Source: Klebsormidium nitens (Eukaryota; Plantae; Klebsormidiophyceae). From it: DNA of 64,000 nucleotides. The position numbers and the translations under genes were made by a program. The notes beneath the pieces were generated by a model. It was not told the DNA's origin and did no database searches. It was given only the letters and a program-made list of their open reading frames with translations. The stretch's first letter is position 1, and each line of letters begins with the position of its first letter. Location of the stretch: NCBI GenBank assembly GCA_000708835.1, contig DF237069.1:124001-188000 (forward strand). Reading direction: 5' to 3'. Shown here in pieces: positions 12,903 to 24,458 of the stretch.

Positions 12903-12922
12903 GCACCTCGCTCGCCAGCGCA

Positions 12923-15900
12923 ATGCAGGAAGCAGGGTCGCAGCAATCTGGGGGCGGCTGCAAGATTCGTGTCATGACATGGAATGTGAACGGCCTGTCC
13001 CGTATCCTTAAGAGCCGCTTCACCAGTCTTGAAAACATGCTGAACACGCTGCACGCAGGTGAGTAGCAGGGCGTGGTCCTTGTTTTTACTTTGTGTAGTC
13101 AATCACATAGTGCAGAGGATCATAAGTTGCACGAGCTTGCCCTGCGCTCTCAGGTCTATTTTCGTTCGGCTTAGTATATGGCTCTCCATTGATGTGCGGC
13201 AGAGGCAGACGACAGGAAGAAAGCCAGTGAGCAGCTACTCTGGGGCCGCTTGCCACTGAGGATGGAAAGAGGTCCAAAGTTTGCCAAGGCCCAAAGATGC
13301 TGACGTGTATTTGTCCCCTGTTTGCATGCAGACATTGTTTGTCTCCAAGAGACCAAGTTATCCAAGGCAGACATGGAGCGCTTTGAGCAGCTGGCCGTCG
13401 TGCCGGGCTGGTGAGGGGGCGCCTACGTCTTTGAAACCCGCCAATTGAGTGCACTTATGGGACTGAAAAGGTTTTGGCCCTCTTGAGGAAGCGTCTGGTT
13501 CGAAGCAATTGAGAGTGGTTCAGATATCAGTGGGAAGCCTGTGGACATATAATCTCAAGACTAGTATGTGTCTCATGCTCCTTGCAAGCAGTCAAAAGAC
13601 AAATTGGGTGCGTTACACTCGGAGGTTAGCCAGCAGGGCAACAACTAGATAGCTTGAAAGCACAAAAACCAGGTGGGGCAAGCACGACCATGCCCCTACA
13701 TCCAGACAAGCAGAAAGAACCGGGCGCGTCGTTATGCTCACTCTGGGTTGCTGACAGCCTGTTGTTTGTGGCAGGCAGTCCTTTTTCAGTTTCTGCACCT
13801 ACCGTGGCGGCTACGCTGGTACCGCCACCTTCTGCCAAGAATCCCTTGCCCCGGTGGCAGCCGAATCAGGCCTAACGGGGCCTGCAACCCAGGGTAACAA
13901 GCCGCCAGGGGCGACAGTGGACTTCCCGGACGATGAGGCGTTCTGGAACAAGTAAGCTGGGTTTGAGACTGGGCTGATTTCGGCTCGCCCCAAGTCTCTA
14001 AAAGCATCAGAGTAGTGCAATAGTGAAGGAATCTTGCTATACAAAGTTTGTTTTGCAAAAGACATCAATTGTTAAGTTTGTCGGTTGCTTGGATCTTGTA
14101 AGAGAGTAAGTCAGGCCCTCATTCCCCTCATGGATCCTCTTCTCAGGAAAGTCGAAGACAGGAGGAGACCAACCAGAGAGGCTTCTTTCATGCTCTGTCG
14201 CCCAAGTGATGAAATAAGGTACTGACGTCACATCAGCGGACTGCAGGTACGATTCTGCTGAGCTTGCGTTGATGGACAGTCAAGGGCGCTGCGTCATCAC
14301 CGACCACTCCGCCCTGGTGGTCTTCAACGTGTAGGTAAACTTGCCAGCGTCTATATCGCAATCTGTCTCTTCTGAGTTGTGCTCTCTTCGGCTTTGGGTC
14401 GATGAAAGTTTGACCCGATGTGGGCCTTAAAATGCTCAAGATAGCGCTTTTCTAATTCAAATTAGCACGCTGAAAGACGTCAACGCACGGGCCGTCTTGC
14501 TGTGGGCTGGCCTTGTTCCCTCTCCTACCTTGCCCGAGTCATTTTCCTTTCTTCCCGCAGGTACGGCCTGGCTGTGACCGCCCAGGACAGCCCACGCTTT
14601 GCCATGAAGCTTCACATGTACGAGGTGAGGCAGCCTCCAACGTGCTCTGCGGTTTTACCATGATCAACCGATGCATTCTTACACATCCCAACTTATCTTC
14701 GACTTCCAAGTCTAGTTCTTGCCGCACATATTCCTCTCCGATCCCAAGCCTCGCTTCGATTTCGCTCTCAATCTCGCTCACACTCCTGCCCGTCCTGATG
14801 TGCATAAACGTTTGAATAATTCTTCCATATGCGTCTTCTTTATGGATACTGCAGATTCTGCAACGAAGGGTAGAGGCCCTCGTGGCGAAGGGGCGGGCGG
14901 TGCTGGTGGTGGGCGACTTGAACATCGCGGTGGCACTTGAGGATCACTGCGACTACGCGGACGCCCGCCCCAGCGTCCAGAGCTCTTTTCTGGACGGCCG
15001 GCCGGACAGGACGCACCTGCAGGCACTGCTCGCCGCAGCGGGGGGTCCCCTCTCCGATCTGTACAGGTAGAGAGAAAGTTCCGCCGAGGTTTTTGTTCGT
15101 CAGTCCGGGGTATGGATCCTCTTTCCGGGGTATGGATCCTCCTGATGTCGATGACAGAAACATTGACTCAAAGGTTCTGCGAGACACGGCCGATTCCGAG
15201 AAACGGCCCGCAAGATCCTTGCGACGATGCCTCAGCTGACAGGGCGTGGTTCGGAATAATTACCCGCTTCCCTACATGAAAACCGTTTGACCATCGCTGT
15301 TGGCAAAAACCAGAGTGTCCAAATCTGCCTGCGATTGCAACTGATAGGCGTTGGGCGGTCGTGCAGGCAGCACCACGTGGGCGAGCGCTACTCGTACACG
15401 GTGTGGGGGGGTGCGGGGGCCCTGACCGGCAGCAGGCCTCGCAGCAGGGGGTCCCGCGTGGACTACATCCTGGGGGGGGGCAAGCTGCAGGTCAGCGGTA
15501 ACCTGTTCGCGTCTTTTCGATACGTCTTTGCCTGGCCGTGAAGCATATTCTGTTCCATTTGGGCATATCGGCTCACCAGTAGTGGGGGCGGCCTCGAGAG
15601 AGAAGTAGACGCTGTAAAGTGGGTCTGCCATTTTCTCTGCAAGAGACTGAGACTCACAGCACCCGAGCGCCTCAAAATAGTACGAGGCCTAAAAAGACGG
15701 TGTTGATACGTTAAAACTTGTTCATCTACGCCCGTCAGTGTCTGTCACTCGGGTCATTGTATACGCTATGATGATTGCAGGGTAGCCCTCTGGCTGCTGC
15801 CTGCACTGCCTCGGGGATTGATGCCCAGCTGTTGGGTTCCGACCACGCCCCGGTGTGGGCCGACATCAATCTTCCGGCTTCCGCTTTCGCCTCTTCCGGC

Positions 15901-16328
15901 GAGGAAGGAGCGGAGCAGGCCATCCTGCCACTCGACTCGCGGACTATCGCACGAGCTGGTAAGATGTAGACGCCTCGCATGTATGATCAACTCTTTCAAC
16001 ATTACGCTATGTAAGATAGGGCTGATTCGTCGTCGTTGCTTGTGGTGCAATCTGATATCTGAGCCGATTGTCGTACCTCACAGAGGAGGGCCTGTCATGT
16101 GAGTAGGGAGTCTGACCGTCTCTTTTAGATGTGTATCTTCGTGATGGAGAAAAGCAGCGTTTGCCAAACGCTTGACAAGTGATTCGTGGGTTGGTGGCAG
16201 GTCGATCAAGCAGACCGACTCGTCTCGAGAGTTGGCTTCAAACGCCGAAGGCCCAAGGGCGCAAGCGGAAAGCTAGTCCGCTGGAGGAAACACCGTCTCC
16301 TCCAAGTAGGCGGGAAGAAACAGAGTAA
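12923..16328 (+). CDS. APE2: ExoIII/APE2-like apurinic/apyrimidinic endonuclease (short form)
   Basis: Spliced exons give KIRVMTWNVNGL...ADIVCLQETKL...GYAGTATFC...DSQGRCVITDHSALVVFNVYG...VLVVGDLNIA...RYSYTVW...GSRVDYIL...GSDHAPVWADI. The last exon, 16201-16328, is in phase and reads RSSRPTRLESWLQTPKAQGRKRKASPLEETPSPPSRREETE*. The EEP catalytic N, E, Y, D-x-N and D-H residues are present. Confidence 0.85.
15105..15141 (+). repeat. Short tandem duplication (20-bp period) in an APE2 intron
   Basis: CCGGGGTATGGATCCTC at 15105 and at 15125. Confidence 0.85.
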
Positions 16329-16451
16329 GGGAAGGATGAATGTCCCACTTTTGGACGGTTTCGACACAATGCAGACACCATGCGCGCAGATGCGAATACG
16401 AGATGCGATTCTCACGTATACATATGACTTCCGACCTTGCTGTCTGCACAC

Positions 16452-16501
16452 TGACCATTCCTTTGTGACCACTGTTGACCATTTCCTTTGTGACCACTGT
16501 T
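16452..16501 (+). repeat. ~25-bp tandem duplication downstream of the APE2-like stop
   Basis: TGACCATT(T)CCTTTGTGACCACTGT occurs twice in tandem. Confidence 0.85.
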
Positions 16502-17747
16502 GCCCAATGCCCCTTTCAACGTGAGTCGTTGCAATATCGCAACATTCTGCCTGACGGTCAACTTCTGAAGATATATGCTTTCTTCCTGATATGGCGTAGA
16601 CTACCTGAGACCGCCATGGACAGCATGGCGTACATGGACAATAGGTTCGCAAATTTGGTCTTTCCAAGTGTACCAACTTATGGCCAGAAGTCGTCTACCT
16701 TCAATTGAACTACAAACCCAAAGATGAACGTCCAGATTCTTATGTTTCTATTAGCAGCATCTATGCGGGTTGTACGTGCTACGGTGTTCATTGATTTATT
16801 ATTTTACCGTAATAGTGCAGCCGGGTTACAATAACTCAGCATAATCTGCTTATGTCAAGTAAGCCAATGCTATACGCCTGCTGCGGTGTTTGTTGGCTTT
16901 GCCACCAATGGAAGGAGGTCACTAGTTCTGTGCCTATATGAGCCATCGCCAACGCGTCGGCCCCGCGGCTTCCACATGCTAAATGAAGAATCTAAGCTGT
17001 ACGTGGCGATTGAAGGCGATCATTCTTACAAGACCAGCTTACGCATCTTGCAAGTTTCTGGTTTTTAAACTCTCGAATGATTTTGCTTGTCAAGCTGGCT
17101 AATTGAGCTTTGCACTATACCGTAGTACGATGGGGCATGATGCAACAATCACAACAACAGAACAAGCAGAACATTCTCTGGACGAGGCGGCATCCAGACT
17201 CCAGCAAACAAGTTACAACGCCATAGGTATGATGATTGACGGATGACTCCTTCCTTACCCAACTTCGATACAGTTGTCGCGAATAGCAGCCGTCAGATGA
17301 GTCACATGCCTGCTTTTATGTACCCGCCGTGGCTGTCACACCGTCCATTTTCTACCCTCCGGATGTCATCATCATGCATCATGCCAACCTGCATAGGTGT
17401 ACAGCTGTACCGGCCAACCGGCACATGCATCATTCATCGTGCTGCAGGCTGCAAAGCCTGTAATGTGCAGCAGAGCTGGGGCGCATGAGCCTGCCATGGA
17501 GGCCAAGGCGATATGATTCTCGTGTGCTGGGCAATGAAGGAAAGATCGCTTGCAACAGGCACGGCATTGCTGATATTTTCTGTAGATGAACGTGTTTCGA
17601 CCATCCCTGTCACTTCCATGGAAGACCGACAATAATGGCGGCAACAGCATTGCCAATGTAATGCAGGTTGTTTGGGTGTTTGATGTGAACACAGTGCAAC
17701 CAGCTCAGGAAGGAGCGTTCAGCGCGTCGAAGGCATAAGCATCCAAA

Positions 17748-20700
17748 ATGGCACCAGCACCGCGGGATGAGAGGCTGATCAGGGCGCTTCAAGCCCGGGC
17801 GGCCTTGGCATCTGCACAGAATAATATTCGGAAGAGTGCGAGCTATCAGAAAGCGGTTGAGAAACTGACTGCCCACAGGCGGCCAATAACTAGTGCGATG
17901 GAGATTGGCATGGTGAAAGGGATTGGAGTCCAGATTAAGAAGCTACTTGAGAAGGTTTACAATGGGGATGTGGAAGAAATACCCCCAGAAGCTGAAGAGG
18001 CAATGGAATACGGAGACTTGCCCATTCCCCAGGTAAGAAAATGGAGGACTTGGGCAAGAAGGAGCAGAGGGCAATTCCACTTACATGAGGTGAAACTGTA
18101 AAGAAACTGGAGGCACCTGCTGTTCAGTAGATGTAACATCCATGTAGCAAGCATGAAAGAGGGTCCCAATTGTCTCGTTGTCTGGTTGTCTGCTCATCTC
18201 GTTGTTGTGAGCCTTGAGGCTAACTTTTTGCTGCTGCCCAGTTGCCCCGTACATTCAAATCAGGAGCCTCTACATCGCCCTCTGTTTTGAAGCAGGAGCC
18301 CTCTCCTGCATCCTTCCGTCGCCTTGTGCTGGGGCAATCTGAAGGGCCTTTTGAATGCAGCAAAGTCAAATAGCCCTGGGCGTTCCTTTGCTTGCCATGT
18401 GCCTCCTGTCTCTTGGTATGTGCATCCTATCAACAGTTTTCTACGTTCGATCTCTCTTGACCTCTTTCGTCAAAGGGTGGAGCATTGACCCATAAAAGCT
18501 GCGTACCGCCCACAGGGTTTCGCCTACATTCCTGGCCCCAACACTGGCGCCCGTGCCATTCTCATTGCCATGTTTGGTGAAACAAAGAGACCCGGATATC
18601 CAGGCTTCCTGATGAAAGATCAAATCCAGGCGGCAGCTACAGCAACAGGTGACTTTGACCATCCTTTAAGCTGTACAAGATGAAGGAATACGTCTCGGGT
18701 GTTTGTCAGTGCTTTCTCTGTTGAAAAGGTGCTGTTGTGTTTTCTTGTGCGCTTCTATCATCATATCCAAAGAAACTATCAAAGTAGATATCTGACCCCG
18801 TGTACGTTTCTGCAGGAATCAGCAACACCTCAATGTATCCGCAGCCCAATGTGGGCCGCTTCTACAGTGGTTGGGACGGGATCAGAACGCTGGAAGAGAA
18901 CGGCCTGGTTCTCAGAACCAAACATGGTAAAAAGGTCTCCTTCACTTTTGATTCTTGGATATAGCTGGACGTATGCGTATTCTGCAGACCACTCTCAACC
19001 ACAAATAGCTGCTTAAAGAACATCTCATCACATTTGCGTGTCTGATTAATATGAGGCATTACTTTTCAACAACGAAGGGGCACTCCAACTGAGCTGTGAT
19101 CGCAGAGATACAAGAGAGCATCTGGTTGAAGTAAGAGGTCTGATATGAAACAGCTGATTGCTGCAGGGGTTTGAATGACGACAATGAAATCACTGTTTTG
19201 TGCTTTCTATGAATGCGGACCTCTTGGTTGCATTGATGCTCGAATCAGTGTCTATTCCTGGACACTGTACTGAGAAGTCACCAGTACAGAGTCCCTAATG
19301 AACGCTTATGGAATCAGCTGCTTACACAGGTACAGATGACTAGAAAGTGTCTTCCCACAACGTTGCCCGTCACATCCAACATATAAAAGGTGACCCCCCC
19401 CCAAAAATGGAGGAAAAAGAAGAAATCGCAATATGCTGTTGCTTTGCAGGTATGGGGGTTAAGGAGCAGTTCCGCCTGACAGACCAGGGCCGGCAGCTTG
19501 CATACTTCCTGGAGGGAGAGCTGGGCCTACAACAAGGGGGCCGACAAGATGGCGGGGTCGCACTCCCCCAAGACTTCTCTCCCGCGCACCGCCGTCTCTC
19601 AGGTCACTGTCAGGGGCGCCAGGCGGGGGAAGGCGGCTTTCCAGAGGTCATGATCGGCCGGGGTCGAGAAATTGAGATGGGCAGCAACTTGCAACAAGTG
19701 GAAGAGGTTGAAGCGGCCACCGGAGAGGGCTTCCGCCTGTACAAGGCGGTGTGCAAGAGCAGCAGTGCGGTGAGGAAAAAGTACGCAGTGCAACTTCATG
19801 TCAGGGTGACACTTGCTCGAGACGCGGAGGTGGAGCAGGCAGAGGCCCTGGGGCGAGTTTTCGCGGGCAGGAGGCCGGAGCTGGTGGCACGGCTCAAAGA
19901 GATGGGCTTCAGCGAGGATCGGGTGTTGGCGGCTCTGGCGGCCACCGGAGCTGATGAGGCAGCCGCTGTGCAGATGCTAGTGGATGGGGCAAGCATGCAA
20001 CGTGACGAAAGTGGGACAGCAGCGCCAGGTGGCGTCACCCAGATGGTGGTAGTCAGGAGCGAGTGCGCTTGCCCCGAGGGGCGGTCGTCTCACGGCAAGT
20101 GCAAGCATGCGGCCGCCCTGTTTTTGAGAGTGGACGCCCACCTGCGGAGCGGGGCGGAGCTGGATCGGCCGGAGCCCGGTAAGAAGAAGACGCCCAGGAA
20201 GAAGCGAGAAAACGGGGATGGTGGGTTGCAAGCGAAAACCGCGCCCAAGAGGCGAAAAAGCGGAGGAGGGGCGGAGGCGCCTCTGCCTAGGGAAGAGGAT
20301 CGCAGCCTGGGTGCAATTGCTGCACAGCTGGCGAAGTCGGTGGGCTCACCAATAACGCCTCCAAAGCACAAGGACGTGGCGCGCACGCCTGTCGGGGCCA
20401 GCCCGCGGGAGATGGCGGCCCAGGCGGCCTTTGAACGGGCAGCCATGCAGGCGTCCCTCCGGAAAGACTCCCCGACGAGAGCGCCGCCGGTGGAGAAGGG
20501 GACGGGGCAACGGAATGTGGACTTTGTCGATCTTGAGGGAGGGCTGGGCCGCGCTCACGAGCGGCACGAGAGCGATCAGGGGGTTAGACGGGCGGTCTCT
20601 GCCAACAAAGAGTCGCGCTCAGAGACTTGGAAAGGGAAGGAAGCAGCCCGAGATGCGTTGCATGGTAGTATGCTTAACTTGGGCCGAGCGACCCCCGGAA

Positions 20701-23700
20701 AAGGCAAGGCGGTGGCCTTTGTCGACTTGGACAGCGATTGTGACGACCCGCCGGGGCAGCGGGATGCTGACTCCGAGGAGGACGCCGCTCTCCTCTCAGT
20801 GGACTGGAAGAGCCCCAGAGCCAGCTGGGGTAGCGGGTGGAGCAGCGCCGCTACTCCCGCATCAGATCACCGAGAGAAGAGCGGAGGGCGGCGTGGCGAG
20901 GAGGCTGGGCGGGGCCGATCGCTTGATCTGGACTGGCTGACAGGCGACAACGCGCCAGATCCTGCCGAGCTTGACAGGCTCGTGGATACGGTGACTGCCA
21001 CAGCGGAGCCCGGGAGTGCGCCCTCGGCGAGTGGTAGGAAGCAAGGTGGCGAAGTGGGCGGCGTGCGTCGCGTGACGGTCGTAGTTGATGAGACGGAGCG
21101 GCAGACCAACAGCAACCCGAACTCGGTGTACCTGGAGCTGCATCGCCAGCACGAAGCGCTGCATGCGGTGGCCGGCGTGGCGCTGGCGGCGGAGAAGCAC
21201 AAGCTGGAGACGGGGGACTACCTTTGGCTGGCAGAGACGGACGAAGGCAGGTGAGGACTCGATGCTTGCATCAAGCAGGGTTTGGACACAAGCTTCCGAA
21301 TCCATGGGTTGTTACAAGTCATGTGAAAGTTAATTTGTACTCTTGTTCGATGAAGGCATCATTCCATGAATACCTGTCGGCTGCCCGTCCAAAGTGCATG
21401 GGTGGGATTATTCGACTCAAGGGCAAAGAGTTTTGGCGGAATTACCATTATCTCGCGGCTTCGAAGGCTTTCGTTCGAGATTCTGGTTGGACGAGTGTGG
21501 GTCTTGACGGAAGCATGCAACTGTTAATCAAGGTTACTCGCGTCCCGTGTGACTCGTTTAGCTTCTGCTATATGTGCTAGCGTGCAAACAGTCTGACAGG
21601 TCTGAGTCTCCCCCTCCTTCGATACTGACGTTCAACCACCGTGGCTTCATTCGATAAGATGCTTTGTTGCAAAAATCCACGACTCGCTGACACTTCTCGG
21701 CTCAAGGAAGCCCAGCTCGGCTGCAGACTTCTCCTGAATGACCAACCACTCGTTGCACGAACTCCGAAGGAAACACGAACATAGGATGGCAACAACTGGC
21801 CCTCGACTGACAAATTGATCCTCTATTATGCACGGTCCGTTTGCAGTCGGTCCTAGAGCCGAATGAACACCCGTTTGAGTCTAGCCCAACTGACAGTCCG
21901 ACTCAATCGAACGAGTACACTTGTAACGAGGAGACTTTGGTTGGACCGGCAAATCTGTTTGTGATGAGAAGTGACGACTCTGCTTCATGTGCAGTTTCGT
22001 TCTCGACACGGTCATCGAGCGCAAGACGATGTCCGACTTGGTCACCCGGTCGGTCACGAACGCCCACCTGAAGCAGATCCAAAAGATGCGCGCCAGCGGA
22101 CTGCCGCACGTGTGCCTCTTACTCGAAGGAGAGTTTCGGTGAGCGCCTGCCTGCAGTCCCTCGGGTCTGTCGCCTGGTTTCCGCACAAGGGTTTGTTTGA
22201 ATCTTGCTGCGAGTTGCCTTCTAGAGCAGATGCAAAGGTCGAGCTTCTTTCCAACACCTGGAAACTCAAGATGGTCAGGTGCTGGAGTGAAGGACGTGCT
22301 GATCCCCCGGTCCTGTAAGCTGTCGGGCCCGAGCACAACCCTCGACGACCTCGGTCAACGTGGAGGTTCAAGACTTCGATACGTTATCCTCTGACAGTAC
22401 TCTCGAAAAAAGCTTCCTTCCGACGAGGATTGCAGTTTGCCTTCATAGTGGCCTTATACTCGCTTGCAGGACCGCACGCAAGTTCGTGGCAGTGGCGGGG
22501 CAAGACTGCCGCGGAGACGTGGACAGCGCGGAGGCGGTGTGGCAGCTGATGGCGGAGCTCCTGATCGGCACCGCAAAGGGGATGGACGTGCCGCAGGGGG
22601 TGCCTATTGGCAGCGGGTATGGCCCCCCGCCGCCAGTGAGGGTGCTCCAAACGAAGGACGTCAAGGGGACTTGCAAGCTGCTGACTCACATCTCCGCCGC
22701 TCTGGCCGCCAGGGTTGGAGGCGGGCTAGAAGGTGGGGAAGCTGCGAGCGCGGCAGCTTCGCGTCAGATCTCTCTTGAGGATTTCAACAAGGAGGCGCGG
22801 CAAAGGAGAACCAAGATGAACAAGCTGCTCAAGGAGGCGGAGGGGCGGGCAATTGAGAGTCGAGTAGGGGACGACGGGTTGGAGGATCCGGGCGAAAGAC
22901 GTGGGTTTGCGGACGAGGTTCAAAGACTGTCCGCAGATCCGGACGCTGGTGTCGGTCCCAGCGCAGCGCAGGCAAGGAGCGGGGTTGCTGACGCAAGCGC
23001 GCAAGGGGGCCAGCCCTGCGACGAGTGCGAGGCGCAGCGGGCAGCGCTCGAGTGCGCAGAATGCGAGCAAGCGCTGTGCTCCGACTGCTGCGCCAGCCTC
23101 CACTCCGGGGGGGCCCGGAGGGCTCACCGGCTGACGTCACTGCCCCCTCCGTGGCAGTGCGAGGAGTGCGAGGGGGCATCGGCGGCCGTCTCGTGCGGGG
23201 AGTGCGAGCAGGCCCTCTGCGCGAGCTGCTCCGCCAAGATTCACTCTAAGGGGGCCAGGGCACGGCATGCGGTGGCGCCACTGAGCCTCGCACCCATGCA
23301 ACCCACCTCACGAGTTTCGACGCCGCCCGACACTCACGATAGCGTAGAGAGGTCAGGGCGTGCGCTGATGGTGGCCAGTAGCAGTGTGTACGCGAGCCTG
23401 CGCACCGTGGATCTCGGGCCGAGAGTGGCTCTGGAGCAGACACGTGGCGAGCGGGACAGAGGCCCCGTGGAGGAGAGCCTGTACCTGGGCCTGGCGGACC
23501 CGGGTGGGGCAGCGGGGCGGGCAGGAGAACGCGAGGCCTTTTGGGTGGTCCTGGTCAAAGGGGACGCCTTCCTGCGGGGCATGATCCAATCGCAGGTAAG
23601 CTTGGTTGCAAGTGCCGCAGGCGAAACGGGTCACTGACTGAGTGCTCCCTCTGTCATTCGCGAGTTGGGGAATCTCCTCTTTACTCGATGTTGAGGGCGC

Positions 23701-24458
23701 ACGGGGGCACGATAATGAGGCAGGTCAGGACGAAAAGGCTACTTTGGCTATGCGAAGGATGCATTTGCAGGTAGCTGAAGCATCACGCATCTTGTTTTGA
23801 CAATGCTTTCACATTCATGTTGAGGACAGCGTGATGCTTTCATCAGCGACATCCAGCAGCGGATATGGAAAGCCTATGGATCCACCCAGGAGTCAAAAAT
23901 TTATGCAGCAATGGATACTTGCCCCTCTTAGCTGAGCGTTTGGTCTCAAACGAGGGGTCTCGCTGCTTACCACGATTTCGGTCGTACTCCAGTAAAGTCC
24001 AAGACAAACCTGCAAAAGTAGCTGCCACCTCGGCGCTTCTGCGCATCAACACCCGCTGCTTGTGCTAACCGCAGGTGGCAGTCAGCGGCGCATCCTCTGC
24101 CACCTGTCCGGAGCCCGACCTGCAGGCAGCGGCGGTGCTCTTCCTGACCTCCCTCCCAGACCCGCCCTGCCCCTCCGCCCACTCCCCAGGCAAAATCCTG
24201 ATACTCGAAAACGTGTTGCATCACTGCCGCGCGATGGCTGCGGCGGCAGAGCGAGCGCGGCTGAATGGGGCGGCAGGCCCTGGCGAGGACGGGGACCAGG
24301 AGCTGCGCGCGTTCTTGGGTTGCCACGATTTGAATGAAGAGATGATTCGGTGGATAGTCAGGATCATGTTCTCACGAGGTTGGAACGTGCAATTTACAGG
24401 TAATCAGCTCGAGAGCTCTCTGCTTTTCAGGCACTTGGCAAAGGCATATGTAAAGTAG
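17748..24458 (+). CDS. MUS81-like XPF/ERCC4 structure-specific nuclease with extra SWIM, UBA, 2x B-box and C-terminal EME1-like domains (~1345 aa)
   Basis: Eight GT-AG exons, all phase-compatible and totalling 4038 nt: 17748-18032, 18516-18648, 18816-18926, 19450-21250, 21995-22138, 22225-22278, 22470-23595, 24075-24458. N-terminal HhH-like region (YQKAVEKL..HRRPITSAMEIGMVKGIGVQIKKLL). MUS81-type winged helix (AYIPGPNTGARAILIAM...FYSGWDGIRTLEENGLV...FRLTDQGRQLA). ERCC4 core VVVDETER...KLETGDYLW...FVLDTVIERKTMSDL, with GDxnERKx3D intact. Confidence 0.85.
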
